Below are positions 39,212-52,303 of a DNA stretch of 64,000 bases, piece after piece. The notes under the pieces were generated by a model that saw only the letters and a program-made list of their open reading frames with translations, ran no database searches and was not told the origin of the DNA. A program made the position numbers and the translations under genes. Within the stretch, counting starts at the first letter, position 1. Every line of letters begins with the position of its first letter. The stretch comes from Paecilomyces variotii (Eukaryota): NCBI GenBank assembly GCA_004022145.1, contig RCNU01000001.1, one strand, 5' to 3'.

Positions 39212-42200
39212 ATGGCTCCTACCAAGCGTTCACGGGCCCTGTCGGATTCTGCAGAGTCAGATGAAGAAACCAGCACACCCGCTGGTATAGAATCAGTGCG
39301 TACGACCGATGCGACGTGGCATACTACTTTCTGACTTATACAGAGAAAACGAAGCAGAATTTCAGACACCAGTGATACCGCGCGCGTCGACTCCGATGAA
39401 AGCGATCAAGGCTGGCAAGAGCAGACCGATTCGTACATTACCGAGGCCCTCGACAACGAAAACGAACTTGAAGTACGAGCGACACAGATCATCCAGGAGA
39501 AATATGCCTTCGCCAGCGACGAGCCCAATGTGCCCGCTGATCATGGCATACTTGAACGCGTCGAGTGCTATAATTTCATGTGTCATGAACATTTCTATGT
39601 CGAACTTGGACCCCTTATCAATTTCATTGTCGGAAAAAACGGAAGCGGCAAAAGCGCAGTACTTACAGCCATCACGCTTTGTCTGGGAGGAAAAGCGTCT
39701 GCCACGAATCGAGGTCAAAGCTTGAAGAGCTTCATAAAAGAAGGAAAGGAGTGAGTGTCACTGACTGTCTTCCTCAGGATGGAGTTTTGGGGTTCTGACA
39801 AGTATGCTATAAAAGATCAGCGACCATCATCGTTCGAATCAAAAACCAGGGCGATGGTGCCTATATGCCCCAAGAGTATGGAAAGTCTATCATAGTCGAA
39901 CGGCACTTCACACGAAGTGGAACAAGCGGCTTCAAGCTGAAGAGCGACAGCGGACGGATAGTGTCGACGAAAAAGATCGAACTAGACGCAATAACGGACT
40001 TCTTCAATCTGCAGATCGATAATCCTATGAATGTGCTGTCTCAGGATATGGCTCGGCAGTTCCTTAGCACGTCTAGCCCCGCTGATAAATACAAGTTCTT
40101 TGTGAAGGGAGTTCAGCTACAACAACTGGATCAGGACTATCGGCTGATCGAGGAATCGATCGATCAAATTGAGGATAAACTGCGCAGTCGCCTGGATGAT
40201 ATCAAAATTCTCGAGCAGAGGAGAGATGTGGCGAAACGGCGACTAGAGATGTCTGATCAACATGCTTCTCTCAGGGATCGAGTCAGGGTGCTCCGAAGGC
40301 AGATGGCGTGGGCCCAAGTTGAGGAGCAAGAGAGGGTGAGGCACAGATCAACCTGTCTGTTCATGAACGTAATCCTGACCACAATTGCAGATTCGGGATT
40401 CTATCGACGAGCAGCTCGTTCAAGCCGACCAAAAGATCTCAGCAGCTGAGACGGATGTATCCCGCGCGGATGCTCTGTTTCAAGAAGCAGAGAGAGAGTC
40501 GGAAGTTGCTGCCGAAGTCGTTAGACAAGCCCAAGGCGAAGTTGAGCGGGTGCAGGACGAGAAAAAGGAGACAAAATCTCGCCTTGATGAAGAAATGAGG
40601 GAGCGCTATGACTTACAAGTTTGTTCTGCCCATCCTAAAGTGATAGTTGTCAGACCTCTAACTACGATCTCTTAGGCCCAACAACGCACAATACGTGAAT
40701 ATGTCAAGACGACAGAGTCTAGAATAAAGCAGCTCAACGAGGATATTGCCAAGGAGAATCAGCGACTCGCGGACATCAGTGGAGGGAGTTACACGCGCAT
40801 GCAAACTGAACTGGAGCAGAAACAGGAAGAGGCTTCCGAAGCCCGCAAGCAATACGAGGAGCACCAGAAAGACACAAATCGCGTAAAAGATAACATAAAA
40901 AAGGCTGAAGAAGACCACAATTCCAAGATCGCACCCGTTGAGAAGGTAAAATCGGATATTGAGCAAGCAGAAAATGTACTGCGCAGTCTAACAAAGGACC
41001 GCGGCACACAAGACGCTGGATTCGATCCAAAGTTGCCGATGCTTCTCAGAGCAATCCGGAACGACAATTCTTTTAGCAAACAGCCAGTGGGACCAATTGG
41101 CCACCATGTGAGACTACTAAAGCCAAAATGGTCATCGATCTTGGAAACGTCTTTTGGCGCTACGTTGACTAGTTTTGTGGTTACGTCCAAGCGTGACATG
41201 AATATCCTTTCGAACATCATGAAGAGGGTCAAATGGTATGTGCACCTTTTGTTTCCATCAACAAAGCTTCCTTCTTTCTCACGAGAGTCCAGTGAACTTC
41301 CCATATTCATCGGGAGTGAAGGTTATATCGACACCTCAGAACATGAACCGGATGCGCAGTTCGATACGGCTCTTAGGGTTCTTGAAGTATGTTGTGCATG
41401 ATGTCCATATAGTATCTGGGCCGACTGACGTTAGTACTAGATTGACAACGACCTGGTCCGCAGACAGCTGATTATCAACCACGGTATAGAGCAAATGCTG
41501 CTCATTGAGAAGCTGGAGGAGGCTTCCTCAGTGCTTTTCGATGGCCAGCGGCCAAAAAATGTTAAGCGATGTTACTGTATTGATCCAAACGACAGGAGAC
41601 GTGGAATTCATCTCTCGTATAGTCGATCAGGAGACCCCAGCCAGACACCCGTTGCAGCCTATACGGGACGATCACGAATGAGAACAGACAGTGAGACACA
41701 AATCAGGTGCGCTCTCATTACCCTTGCCCCCCGCGGTCGATCATACTTTAATTAACAAGCTGTAGGATGCAAAAGGAAATCATTGATGATCTTAAGCGCC
41801 AGCTATCAGATCTCCAAAACCATGCTCGTGCTGCGCGGTCTCATCTTGAAAGCTGCAAGCAGGCTCTGGTGAGGCATGAGAGGAAGGAAAAAGACCTTCA
41901 GATTGCTATTCAGAGACTCGAGGACCAGGTTGAAGAGCTTCGAGATGACCTCGAAAGGGAGGCGGTCGACGCTCCTCGTCTGGACGTCCTTAAAGGCGAG
42001 CTTGAAGAGGCGGAGGAAGAGAAACAACTGAACGAGGGGTCGTATGCTGATAGTGTCAAAGCTATGGATGCGATCATGGACAAACTAAAAAAGACGAGGA
42101 GAGAGATAAACGCCAAGGACGCTGAAATCGCCAGCCTGGAAGAGCAGCTTCGCATTGCCCAGAGTGAGGAGGCGAAGGTGCAAGACAAACGCAGACGTGC

Positions 42201-43366
42201 TCTTGGGGATAAAAATGCTGCAATTGGACGGGTCGAGGACGCAAAGCAAGACAAAGCCAGGATTCAACACAAGAGAGAACAAATCGAGGCTCGAATCATT
42301 GATTATAATGAGAAAGCCAGTATGGTGTCTCCGCGAGTTCCGGTTGATGAAGGCGAGACTCCGAACAGTCTTGACGAGAAACTTGACCGACTCTACAAGG
42401 ATCTCCAGCGTTTTAATGACCAGTAAGTCCATCATGATCACCAGCTTTTCTTGTTCTGACATAGTCTAGGATGGGCGCTTCCCGGGAGGAGATTGCTGCG
42501 GAAGCTATGAAGGCAAACAACGCCTACGATCAAGCCAAGCGCCAGGTTACCGAATTCAGGACACTTGCAGATGTAAGCGAAGATGATTCTGCGCATCTTC
42601 AATGCGAATCAACTGACTTAGAGCCTTGTTTAGATCTTCAAGAACACCCTTCGACATCGTAAGAAGAGATGGGCGCTATTCCGGGCACATATTTCATCGC
42701 GGGCTAAAGCGCAGTTCACATATCTTCTGAGTGAGAGGAGTTTCCGTGGACGGCTCTTGGCAGATCATGAAGGAAAGCTTCTGGACCTCCAAGTAAGCAA
42801 TATGGGCTGTAGAACCTGTCCATCCTGGATGCAGTTTCTGACAACTTCATAGGTCGAGCCAGATATCACGAAAGACAGCGCTGGAAGAGGCGCGAAGACT
42901 CTTTCCGGCGGTGAGAAATCATTTTCTCAGGTCTGCCTTCTGCTATCGCTGTGGGAAGCAATGGGATCACCCATCCGTTGCCTTGATGAGTTGTATGTAC
43001 TAATGGACCGGGCGATGGTATCCTTATGCTAATTGCTGGTAGTGACGTGTACATGGATTCGGTTAACCGGAAAATGGCCATCGATATGCTTGTATGTCTT
43101 CCTAACTTGAGTCCGCAATGTGCTACTGGCTAACGAAGGCGTGACTAGATGCTGGCCGCGAGAAGGTCGATTGGACGACAGTTTATCCTCATCACACCAG
43201 GTTCAAGAGCTGAGATCAGTCTTGCTCCCGATGTACGCGTGAAAGAGTAAGCCTTTAATCCTACCCCAGTGACACTTAATAAGCCAGGAGTCTGTTATCT
43301 AACTGTTGTCATAGACTCGCAGAACCGCAGAGAGGCCAGAGGACCTTGTCGTTTCGCCAGAACTGA
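39212..43366 (+). CDS. SMC6: Structural maintenance of chromosomes protein Smc6 (many introns)
   Basis: NFMCH, Walker A GKNGSGKS, LSQDMARQFL, coiled coils, hinge PVGPIG, signature LSGGEKSF, Walker B CLDEF. Confidence 0.95.
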
Positions 43367-44472
43367 GTAATTTATTGTACTGTACAAAGATAATACTTAG
43401 TCGATGTAACATATGTTCATGATTTATGGGTTCATCAATGCCAGTGTCATTGAATGTATGCTTTAGAGGGATATCTAGGAAACAAAGAAGAAGGAGAAGC
43501 GGCACTAATCTTCTATGACTAGGTAGGTAGGCACTTGAGAGGGTTGTTGAGGCTCTGCGTTGGCGGCTGAGATATGTATGTACTGTATATAGAAATCGAA
43601 GCCAGCCAGATCAGCCAGCTGAAAAAATGATTTTGAATTACATGTTCACTCTTTCTATTGCTACCATATTAGCAAACTGTTAATCAACTGATATATTATT
43701 ATTGAGACATTGATATTATTACTATTTGATCACACCATGAAGCCCTAAGGGCAAGCTGGAGCCTGCTGGATTACCTCAGCCAGACCCGCTGGGTCACGCC
43801 GCATGGGCAGGTAAAAGCGGCAAGAGTTCCCGACTGGGACCCATCCGACCTTACACAGTAACTATTCGTTATTCCAACCCGACGACCTGCCATCGACCAT
43901 TATTGTCTTTCACGCTCGCCTCGCTCATATCCTCACACAAACCAGCAGCTGCGCGCTGATACATTATCCGAATCGACGTTTTTACGACAGCGCTCGATCT
44001 TCATAAACCTCTTTTCCCACCCTTCTACTCCACCCAGCCTTTTTCTCTCAAGACTGGCAACGAAGTCCTCTCTCCCTTCTATCTTATTCACCCCTTGATA
44101 CTTGGAGCATCTCTCGACTTCTCGAGTCTTCTCTGCACCCACTTGGACTACACTGGAAACCGGGATCATTTCTTTGAAGTTTCACTCGGTTGCTTCCTAC
44201 CAGACTCTGGTTGACCGGTCGAGGGTGAGCGTTTTTCCCGACCCAGGCGACAAGGCCGATTTATTCACATATATATCAGAAATTCTACTCATCTAACGCC
44301 ACCGGAATACTCCTTTACGCGACTTGTCTCTGTGGACGTATTTTTACATATCCTCGTCCAGATATTCACTAGCTAGCTCAACTGGCCTCCCGGCAACCAT
44401 CCGATATAACGCTATAAAGACCTTTTGAAACTTGCCTTCCTCACTCGTCTTGCTGCCAGCCAGCTTTTCACA

Positions 44473-46176
44473 ATGACCGACGCACTTGCCTCACAACTCG
44501 GCAACACAAAGCTAGGGTTTGTGGACTCCGCTCACCGCGAAGTGTGGAATCAGCCATGGACTCACATCGTTCTACAGAGATTCCAACATGGACTCCGCTT
44601 GGAGAGAGAAATTAAATGTTCCCCCTAAAGACAACAGAACTCAGACCGAGGTACATCACACTATGTCCTAGGATATGAGCGGCGAAGATGCTGATTTGAA
44701 TTACAGGATGTCACGGCCACTAAAGGACTCGAATTTGAAGACTTTTATATCAAGCGCGAGTTGATGATGGGCATATTCGAGGCAGGATTTGAGAAGCCCT
44801 CTCCCATCCAAGAAGAGACGATACCTGTTGCCCTTACAGGCAGAGATATCCTCGCGCGAGCAAAGAACGGTACAGGAAAGACCGCTGCCTTTGTCATCCC
44901 TACACTAGAACGAATCAACCCCAAGAGCACCAAGACCCAGGCACTCATCCTGGTCCCGACAAGAGAGCTGGCGCTTCAGACCTCCCAAGTTTGCAAGACT
45001 CTCGGCAAGCACCTAGGCGTCAATGTCATGGTTACCACAGGTGGTACTGGCCTGATGGACGACATCATCCGTCTGAATGATCCCGTGCACATCATTGTTG
45101 GTACTCCAGGACGAGTCCTCGATCTTGCGAGCAAAGGAGTCGCCGACCTGTCTGAGTGCCACACGTTTGTCATGGATGAAGCCGATAAGCTCCTGTCGCC
45201 TGAATTTACCCCTGTTATTGAGCAGCTGCTGTCGTTCCACCCGAAGGACCGCCAGATTATGCTTTTCAGCGCCACATTCCCTCTAATTGTGAAGTCTTTT
45301 AAGGTAGGGCGCACCGCCTGAGCTTGGCTTACTAGTGATTAACCAGTGATATAGGACAAGCACATGCGCAACCCTTACGAAATCAACCTGATGGACGAAC
45401 TTACGCTCAGAGGAATCACGCAGTATTATGCTTTTGTCGAGGAAAAGCAGAAGGTCCACTGTCTCAACACTCTCTTCTCCAAGCTGCAGATCAACCAGTC
45501 CATTATCTTCTGTAACTCCACGAACCGCGTGGAGCTGTTGGCCAAGAAGATCACAGAGCTGGGATACTCTTGCTTCTATTCACATGCGCGCATGCTCCAG
45601 CACAACCGTAACCGTGTTTTCCACGATTTCCGGAATGGAGTCTGTCGAAACCTTGTCTGCTCTGACCTGCTCACCAGAGGTATCGATATCCAAGCGGTTA
45701 ACGTGGTCATCAACTTCGACTTCCCAAAGAACGCTGAGACCTACCTGCACCGAATTGGCCGATCCGGACGTTTTGGACATCTGGGTCTGGCGATCAACCT
45801 CATCAACTGGGATGACCGTTTCAATCTCTACAAGATTGAGCAGGAGCTCGGCACAGAGATCCAGCCTATTCCTCAGTCTATCGACAAGAAACTCTATGTC
45901 TACGAGTCCCCGGATACCATTCCACGACCTATTTCTAGTTTGCCCCAAAACCAGCCCCGGCAGCTCACACAGGGCCAGCCCGGGAGCAACGGAGAACCTC
46001 ATCAACGTCGCAACAACCACCACACGAACGGCGGCCACTACAACTCGAACCGGGGGCGTGGTTCCTATCGTGGAGGTCGGGGTCAAGGCCAGCGCCGCGG
46101 CGGACAATATGACGGAAACAAGTCTGGCGTGCCGCCCCAGGCTGGTGGAAAGTCCCAGCCCTTGCCGGCGTCCTAG
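44473..46176 (+). CDS. DHH1: DEAD-box RNA helicase Dhh1/DDX6
   Basis: [30 protein letters not shown] and [10 protein letters not shown] motifs; RGG-rich tail. Confidence 0.97.
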
Positions 46177-47618
46177 GTCTCCTAAACGACAGAAGAGGCG
46201 CATCTCTGTCCTCCTCGATGCGCCTAAGATTGATGTATGCATGCTTTCTTCACGTTCACATTTCCTGTTCCCTGGGAATTCCCCACGCTTTTCTCGATGT
46301 GCCCGGAATCGTGCGGCGCATCCATGAAGTCTGACAACCTAGTCTTTTCTATTTGCGCTATGTTGTTTCCCTTGTATTCTGCCTAGTGGTTCTTATGATA
46401 GCCGTGCGATGACAGTGCTACCAGCCATGTATCATAATTCGTTTACGCGACGGTTTCATTTGCTTTGGGTTGAATACTCGGTTCGAAGTTCGTTTGCTTT
46501 CGAAAGTCATGGTGCACTACACGAGCCCGAGCCCCATGTCAGTCCGGCTAGGCCTGAAATACCCTTCCTTCTGTTGAATGTTCTAATATTATGGAAGGTT
46601 TTTGATTCTGTTTTTCTTTTTCTTTTTTTCTTTTTCTGATACTGTCCTACAGACACCAAAGGTTGGGGATCTGTCATCGCACCATAAGTTCTGTGGATGT
46701 CCTCCATGAATTATTAACTCTGGACTGGGAAATGGCGCAGGGGTATGAACGGGGATCCTGCGTGAGAAAGATTTTTGGCAGTCAGTGATATCACTCTGTT
46801 TTCAGCCTGACTGAGCAATTCATAACATGCATGCTTCGTCTTCAATCCCTTTCGGTTATTCCTTTTTCTCTCCATATTGTTTAGTTACAGGCTCATTGCC
46901 AAGTCTAGGGACTGCGTCTCGGACTATAAAGTCATAGGTAATATGTGTTGCTGATGGCCTAAGCGTTATGCTTGCGCCTGTTGCGGGGGTGCAGGTCGTC
47001 CTCGACTCTTTAGCAGCTGTCATTCTCAAGATGATGATGTCCTTCTGATCGAGTCCTCGAACTTAGTCAGAAGTTCTAGTTAGTCTGGAAGATGGTCTGC
47101 AAGGACGAGTAAATGAAAGATCCGTGATGGGGGGAATGGGATGACCATGATAAGAAATTAGGTTTATCCTAGTTGTTGTTTTCATGTCTAAAAGAAAAGA
47201 CAAAGAAACTGAACGAAGCGCGCAGCCACTGGGATGGGATAAGCGCACTGGACCCTGTATCACCCATTCCTACGCTAAATCTTCAAAGGTTTGGTGTACA
47301 AAGACCTGCAAACCCAATATAGAGTGGTCGAATACGGGGGATAGTCAGATATTCATGTTCCTAAGAATTGTTGCGGTTTGAACCGGACAGGCTGTGTTTA
47401 GATCAAAATTGGGGCTGTGGATCTACATATGTAGTAGAGTACGTCCCCTACATAAACTAAGCATAAAGTTCGCTACTGATCCAGTTAAACCTCCCCATAC
47501 TTAATAATAATGTGCCTGCGAGCATGTTTAACCGCTCTCCCCACCTTAGAGGCTAAATGGCTCCTATAAATACTAACTTACCCTTCTACTTACTCGGTCA
47601 GGTTCTTAACGGCAGATC

Positions 47619-49232
47619 ATGATGGCCTCCCGCCGGGCGTTTGCGTGGCCAGCGGTGCTGGTGCTGGCCCTTGTTGTCGCAGGCACGTCAATGTTGAGCA
47701 CGGCACGAGTATATATGATCGAGCAGGCATTATGTCGTACATATTACTCCACTGTTTCTCCTGACAAGATATTACCGAGCGGCAGTGTCCCTGAGCAAGA
47801 GTGTAAGTTAGATCAAATTCAAGCAGATGTCGCACTTTTATCGGGATGCTTTCATGTCAGCAGTTTGGTCCCAGGTGAGATTGCTCTTCTGTTTTGCCAG
47901 TTTGGTCTTGTTGTTTCTCACAGAAATCTAGGGTTGATTGCTGCACCTCTGTATACACGTCTTGCCTCCATCCTTGGTAGTAGGACAGTCCTCCTTGTGA
48001 GTGTCTGTAGTTTTACGCTCGGAATCTGCTGTTTTGACTTAATCTGTATGTCAATCTCAATCAACTACAAGAGATCAATTGACTAATCCTAACTGAGGCT
48101 ACTTCTACGGGGTCTTCAACATTTGGATGATTCTGTTTACCAACCTGTTCGACCTGATCGGAGGAGGCACGACGCTGCAAAAAATCCTGCTCTACACTTA
48201 TATTGCGCAAAGCACCGATCAAGACTTACTGTATACATCTTTGGCTCTGTTCGTCATCTGATATATGACTAATATAAGGGATATAGGAGCAACCGGTTGT
48301 ATTTTGTCAGCGTGCTACTTCTGGGGACGTCGTTCTTCGCATCTTTCTTCGGTTCACAAACAATGAAAGCTAGCGCATGGTTGCCCCTGATGATTGGCAC
48401 ATTTCTCTGCAGCCTTACCATTCCGTGTGTCCTCTGCCTCCGTAGACAGGCGAGGGAGAAACCAAAATACGATGAACTCCCTATGGACGATGTGAGTGGA
48501 ACACCTGATGAACCGGACAATGATGAACACGAACACGACGAGAAGTCTCCGGGGCTATGGAGTACCATATTTCGGGCTATGACGGTGGACCTTCCACTGT
48601 CATTGTCCCCAGTCGCCGAAGCACTAAAAGACCCATTGGCAAGAGTGATGATGCTTATTTTTCTCATAATCGATATCAGTATGGCGGTGCTGGTCACGTT
48701 CACTCAGTTTGCATCAGCACTCTCTCATTGGAGTCTCGCGGACGTCAATGCTGTTACATCTTTCCACTTGGTAGTGAGCACCACAGCCCTCTTTGCCCTG
48801 CCAGTCCTGTCCAACTGGCTGGTTAGAATACTGCATTCTACCAAACAGCGGGTAGACCTGTGGACCGCGTCATGGAGTACAGTTGCAAAGATCATCGGGA
48901 TGGTTGGTATTGGACTTGCACCGACGCAATGGACCTGCTTCACGTCATTGATGATATATGCCCTTGGATATGGACTTCCAGACGCCCTTCGTTCGTTGGC
49001 AACCTGCGGGCTTGAGGACGAGAGATCGATCCAGAGCCTGTATATGGGGATAGGTCTGGCGCAGGAAGTGGCAGGCCTTGTAGGAAGTCCCATTTGGACC
49101 ACTATATTTTATGCCACTCTTGATGGCGATATTCCGCTGCCAAAGGGATCACATTTCTTGGCCGCTGCGTCCTTGTTAGGTATTGCTCTAGCTATAATAA
49201 TTAGGGTACTGGCGAAACGTCTCAAGACGTGA
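47619..49232 (+). CDS. MFS transporter, UstT-like (4 exons, ~482 aa)
   Basis: Exons 47619-47874, 47932-48045, 48098-48230 and 48287-49232 keep frame. Many hydrophobic helices, a luminal loop IEQALCRTYY...CKLDQIQ, LIGGG and a central acidic loop. Confidence 0.82.
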
Positions 49233-50361
49233 AAATATAGGATGCTTGTACTTGGGGCGAAGCTACTGCACATTAGAACATATATGATTCACACGGCTTT
49301 GCTGACTTCGCTCGGTTTACAATAAACGATCGACCGAGCAGGTGTTTACTCCTGCAATCAGAAGGGTTCAAAATTCGGGTTTCTGGAATCGGAATGTCCA
49401 TAGCAAGACGTCATCAGCCTCTACGTAGATTAAAGATACTCCTCGTCGATTTTTCGCTTCAAGCTTCACCGCTATTTTGCCACGTTTATCCACCCTGATT
49501 CGGTGTATCTTGAAGACTTAAAGAAAGAGGTCATTAAAAGGTTCGGCTCGTATGCGGAACTCAGATGTTCGAAACTGGAGAAGATATCAATCAAGTCAAA
49601 GCGTGGGCTATCGTTTGAGTGGTAGAAGGTGGTGCAAAGGATTGAGTGGCTAGCTGAGGGTATACGAAGCATTGCAGCTTGCAGGGCCACCACGTGGAGC
49701 AAAATGGCATCACACTGCACTTTAGTGCGAGTAACATACCATCACCTGGAAGAGTCTCGGTGCTGGTTTTGTGACATGTAGTACGCTACCTAAGGTAGGT
49801 CCAGACTTAGAGCGAGTTGGAGTTACTTGGCCCCTCCTGAACAACTTCCCCAACAGACTGTCGGGTATAACCATGGCAGGCATTAAAGATCTGCTCGCAA
49901 GCGTTCCGTAAATTTGGCGCAGATCTGTTTGTGGCGGAGGATGGATGGCAAATCGTGTTCGAACGACCATATGGAGTTCAATCTGGACTTCAGCAACATC
50001 CCGGACAATATGATCATTGTATCGCTTTCTTTTCTCTTTTCTTCTTCCCAAAAACCCGCCAGCGTCCAAGTAATTAGTATGAGAAAGCAGGAATGAAAAA
50101 TGTGACCAAAAATACCTTTCCAACGCGGTTGGGAAATATCGTCTGAGCTATATCAAAACTGTAGATCAGCTGCTGCCCATTGGTAGAGCCTACTGTAATA
50201 CTTTCGTATAAGCTGCCGATCAAGCTAATTCTATATCTGAGTCGATTGTAGATGTCTAAAATAGCTGGTTCAAGACAGAAATGGAAAAGAGAACAACTTC
50301 TACGGTCGACATTCGAATCATTCGAGACTGAGCAACTCCTGCAGGATTCAATGGAACCCCC

Positions 50362-51117
50362 CTAGTAAGTCTCCTTCCCCATCATAGTTCCATGATCATG
50401 ATGATCGTGCCCATGAGCTTTGGCAATCACAGTGCGATCAGAATGGAGCGCTACCCCAGCCTCAGTTACGATCTTATCCAACGGATCCCTCTTCAAAAAC
50501 ATCATCTCGCAGTGATCCAAATGTGCCAGATTATTATACCGATGTTCAATGGTCGTCCCCTTTTCTGGAGCAAGAAACATCTTTTTCCAATAATAAGCAC
50601 AATGAACCAGATGCCAATGATGCGTGGTGAAGAAATGCCCTCCCGTCTCGGGAAGCATGGCGACTTCGTGAAGAGTCATCGTCTTGGTTTTATTCTTGTC
50701 TGCGTAATATGGCCAGCTTCCATCAGGATTTGGGCCTGATTTCTCGAACTTGGCGATGAGATCGTCGTTTCGACAAGCGGGAGGTAGCCACGCCGCAGCG
50801 ATAGAGTCGTATTTGCAGTTGTTCGAGAGGGCCTCGACTATGGTGTCGCCGCAATTGCAGGAGACTGTCCTTCGCGATTGGATCAAGGTATATGTTCTGA
50901 ATCCCAGGTCAACGAAGCCGAAGGTCGCGAGGGAAACGAGCAGGAGTATTTTGATCCGCGAAGCAAAGGACTTTCTGGGAGGATTGAATTGATTGTGCCC
51001 CATTTCAGTATTGCAGTCGGTCTTGTGAGATTCTAGGCTCAGCTCAATGCTGTCCCTTTGGTGAAGATGCTCATACTTCATGGTGTCTTGTTTTTGGAAG
51101 AGCCATTTTGTCAACAT
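50362..51117 (-). CDS. UstYa/DUF3328-like oxidase with two HxxHC motifs (divergent subtype)
   Basis: One N-terminal TM helix, CNCG...EA...C.YD....WLP..C, HLVHC and HLDHC, and a His-rich tail. Alternative start ATG at 51081. Confidence 0.75.
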   Translation of the reverse strand: MLTKWLFQKQDTMKYEHLHQRDSIELSLESHKTDCNTEMGHNQFNPPRKSFASRIKILLLVSLATFGFVDLGFRTYTLIQSRRTVSCNCGDTIVEALSNNCKYDSIAAAWLPPACRNDDLIAKFEKSGPNPDGSWPYYADKNKTKTMTLHEVAMLPETGGHFFTTHHWHLVHCAYYWKKMFLAPEKGTTIEHRYNNLAHLDHCEMMFLKRDPLDKIVTEAGVALHSDRTVIAKAHGHDHHDHGTMMGKETY

Positions 51118-52303
51118 AGCTGCTTATTATTTGATGGTTGGTGTATCACAGTTGAGATGGGAGTACTCGGTGCTACTACAACGACCCTACGGCAGAAATT
51201 TATCACAGCATAGATTTGCCCTTTGGCTAGCTGAGGCCTCACCTCCCCTTCGTTTCACCTGGTTGATGTAAAATAAACTCACCAAGATGCGCATGCTGAT
51301 CTTTTCACCGATATAATGATGATACCTTGCATGAACAGGTTCATGCTGCATCCCGCACGCCATGCAGCCATAATGCAAAAGCCCAAAAGTTCATTGTACT
51401 ACGTAGTGACCACAAACATGGCTGGCTGAGAGTGGAGAGTTGTGGCTCCTATACAGAAGAGCTATATCGTGCAGAATACGCTAGTTAAATACCTACTCTA
51501 ATGCTGTTCACGCTAATGCAACTAATAATACATGTCGGCAAGGGCTCTACTACTGTACGTACTACGTAGATGTAAACACTATAATAACCAACCCCGAAAT
51601 ATTGCCGCCCAGATCCCAATATATAAGCTCTCTACTACGATGCCTAATAGAGTGCAGGCCGGATTGAGGGGAAAGCGGTTATATACTATTGGCGCGAGGC
51701 TATTCGAGCAGAGGGGAGAATCCTCCTGTTTGGTCATGTCTGGATCTGGCATACTAAGAACTAAACTAAATTACGTATAGCTTCAAATCATTTAGCGACA
51801 GTAAATGCGTGCCCACTGCAAATCATTTCTATCCTACTTCACGCTAAAAATCCCTCGATGAGCTGGTGCCACCGAGAAAGTTACCAGCAATATTGTTGGT
51901 CAGCTTCTTCAGTCAACAGCTCCAAGTTTCAGTGGCCTTTCGTATGTGCGGGGTTATACAAATTGAAACTACGCATATTTCAGTACAAAATGAGACGTTC
52001 ATGGCTAGTACGTGATCCGTAATTGTAACTATAACAGAGTTTTCCTATTCTTGTATGTCATCGTAGACTAACTATGTGCATACTTCGTCATAATCTGAAA
52101 AGATCAACTCGATTATCTCTGCTTTCCCATGGAGAACCCCACATCTAGGAAGGGCATACAAGCTGAGAGCTCCATATGCTAAAGTCAAGCAGAGATAAGA
52201 CTAGGAAGCGGAGAAAGCAAGAGCACCAATTTCACGATCAGTCACATCGGCACAGGCATTCCTTGAAGAAATGCAGCTCGAGCCAATCTGTCTCTCCATC
52301 CGT

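Noticed and set aside
45428-46327. Long alternative-frame (299 aa) and antisense (220 aa) ORFs over DHH1
   Set aside because: By-products of GC3-biased codon usage in a conserved gene.
49300-50300. Short ORFs between the MFS gene and the first oxidase as a fifth cluster gene or pseudogene
   Set aside because: No recognisable motif or coherent exon chain; a decayed gene cannot be excluded without tBLASTx.
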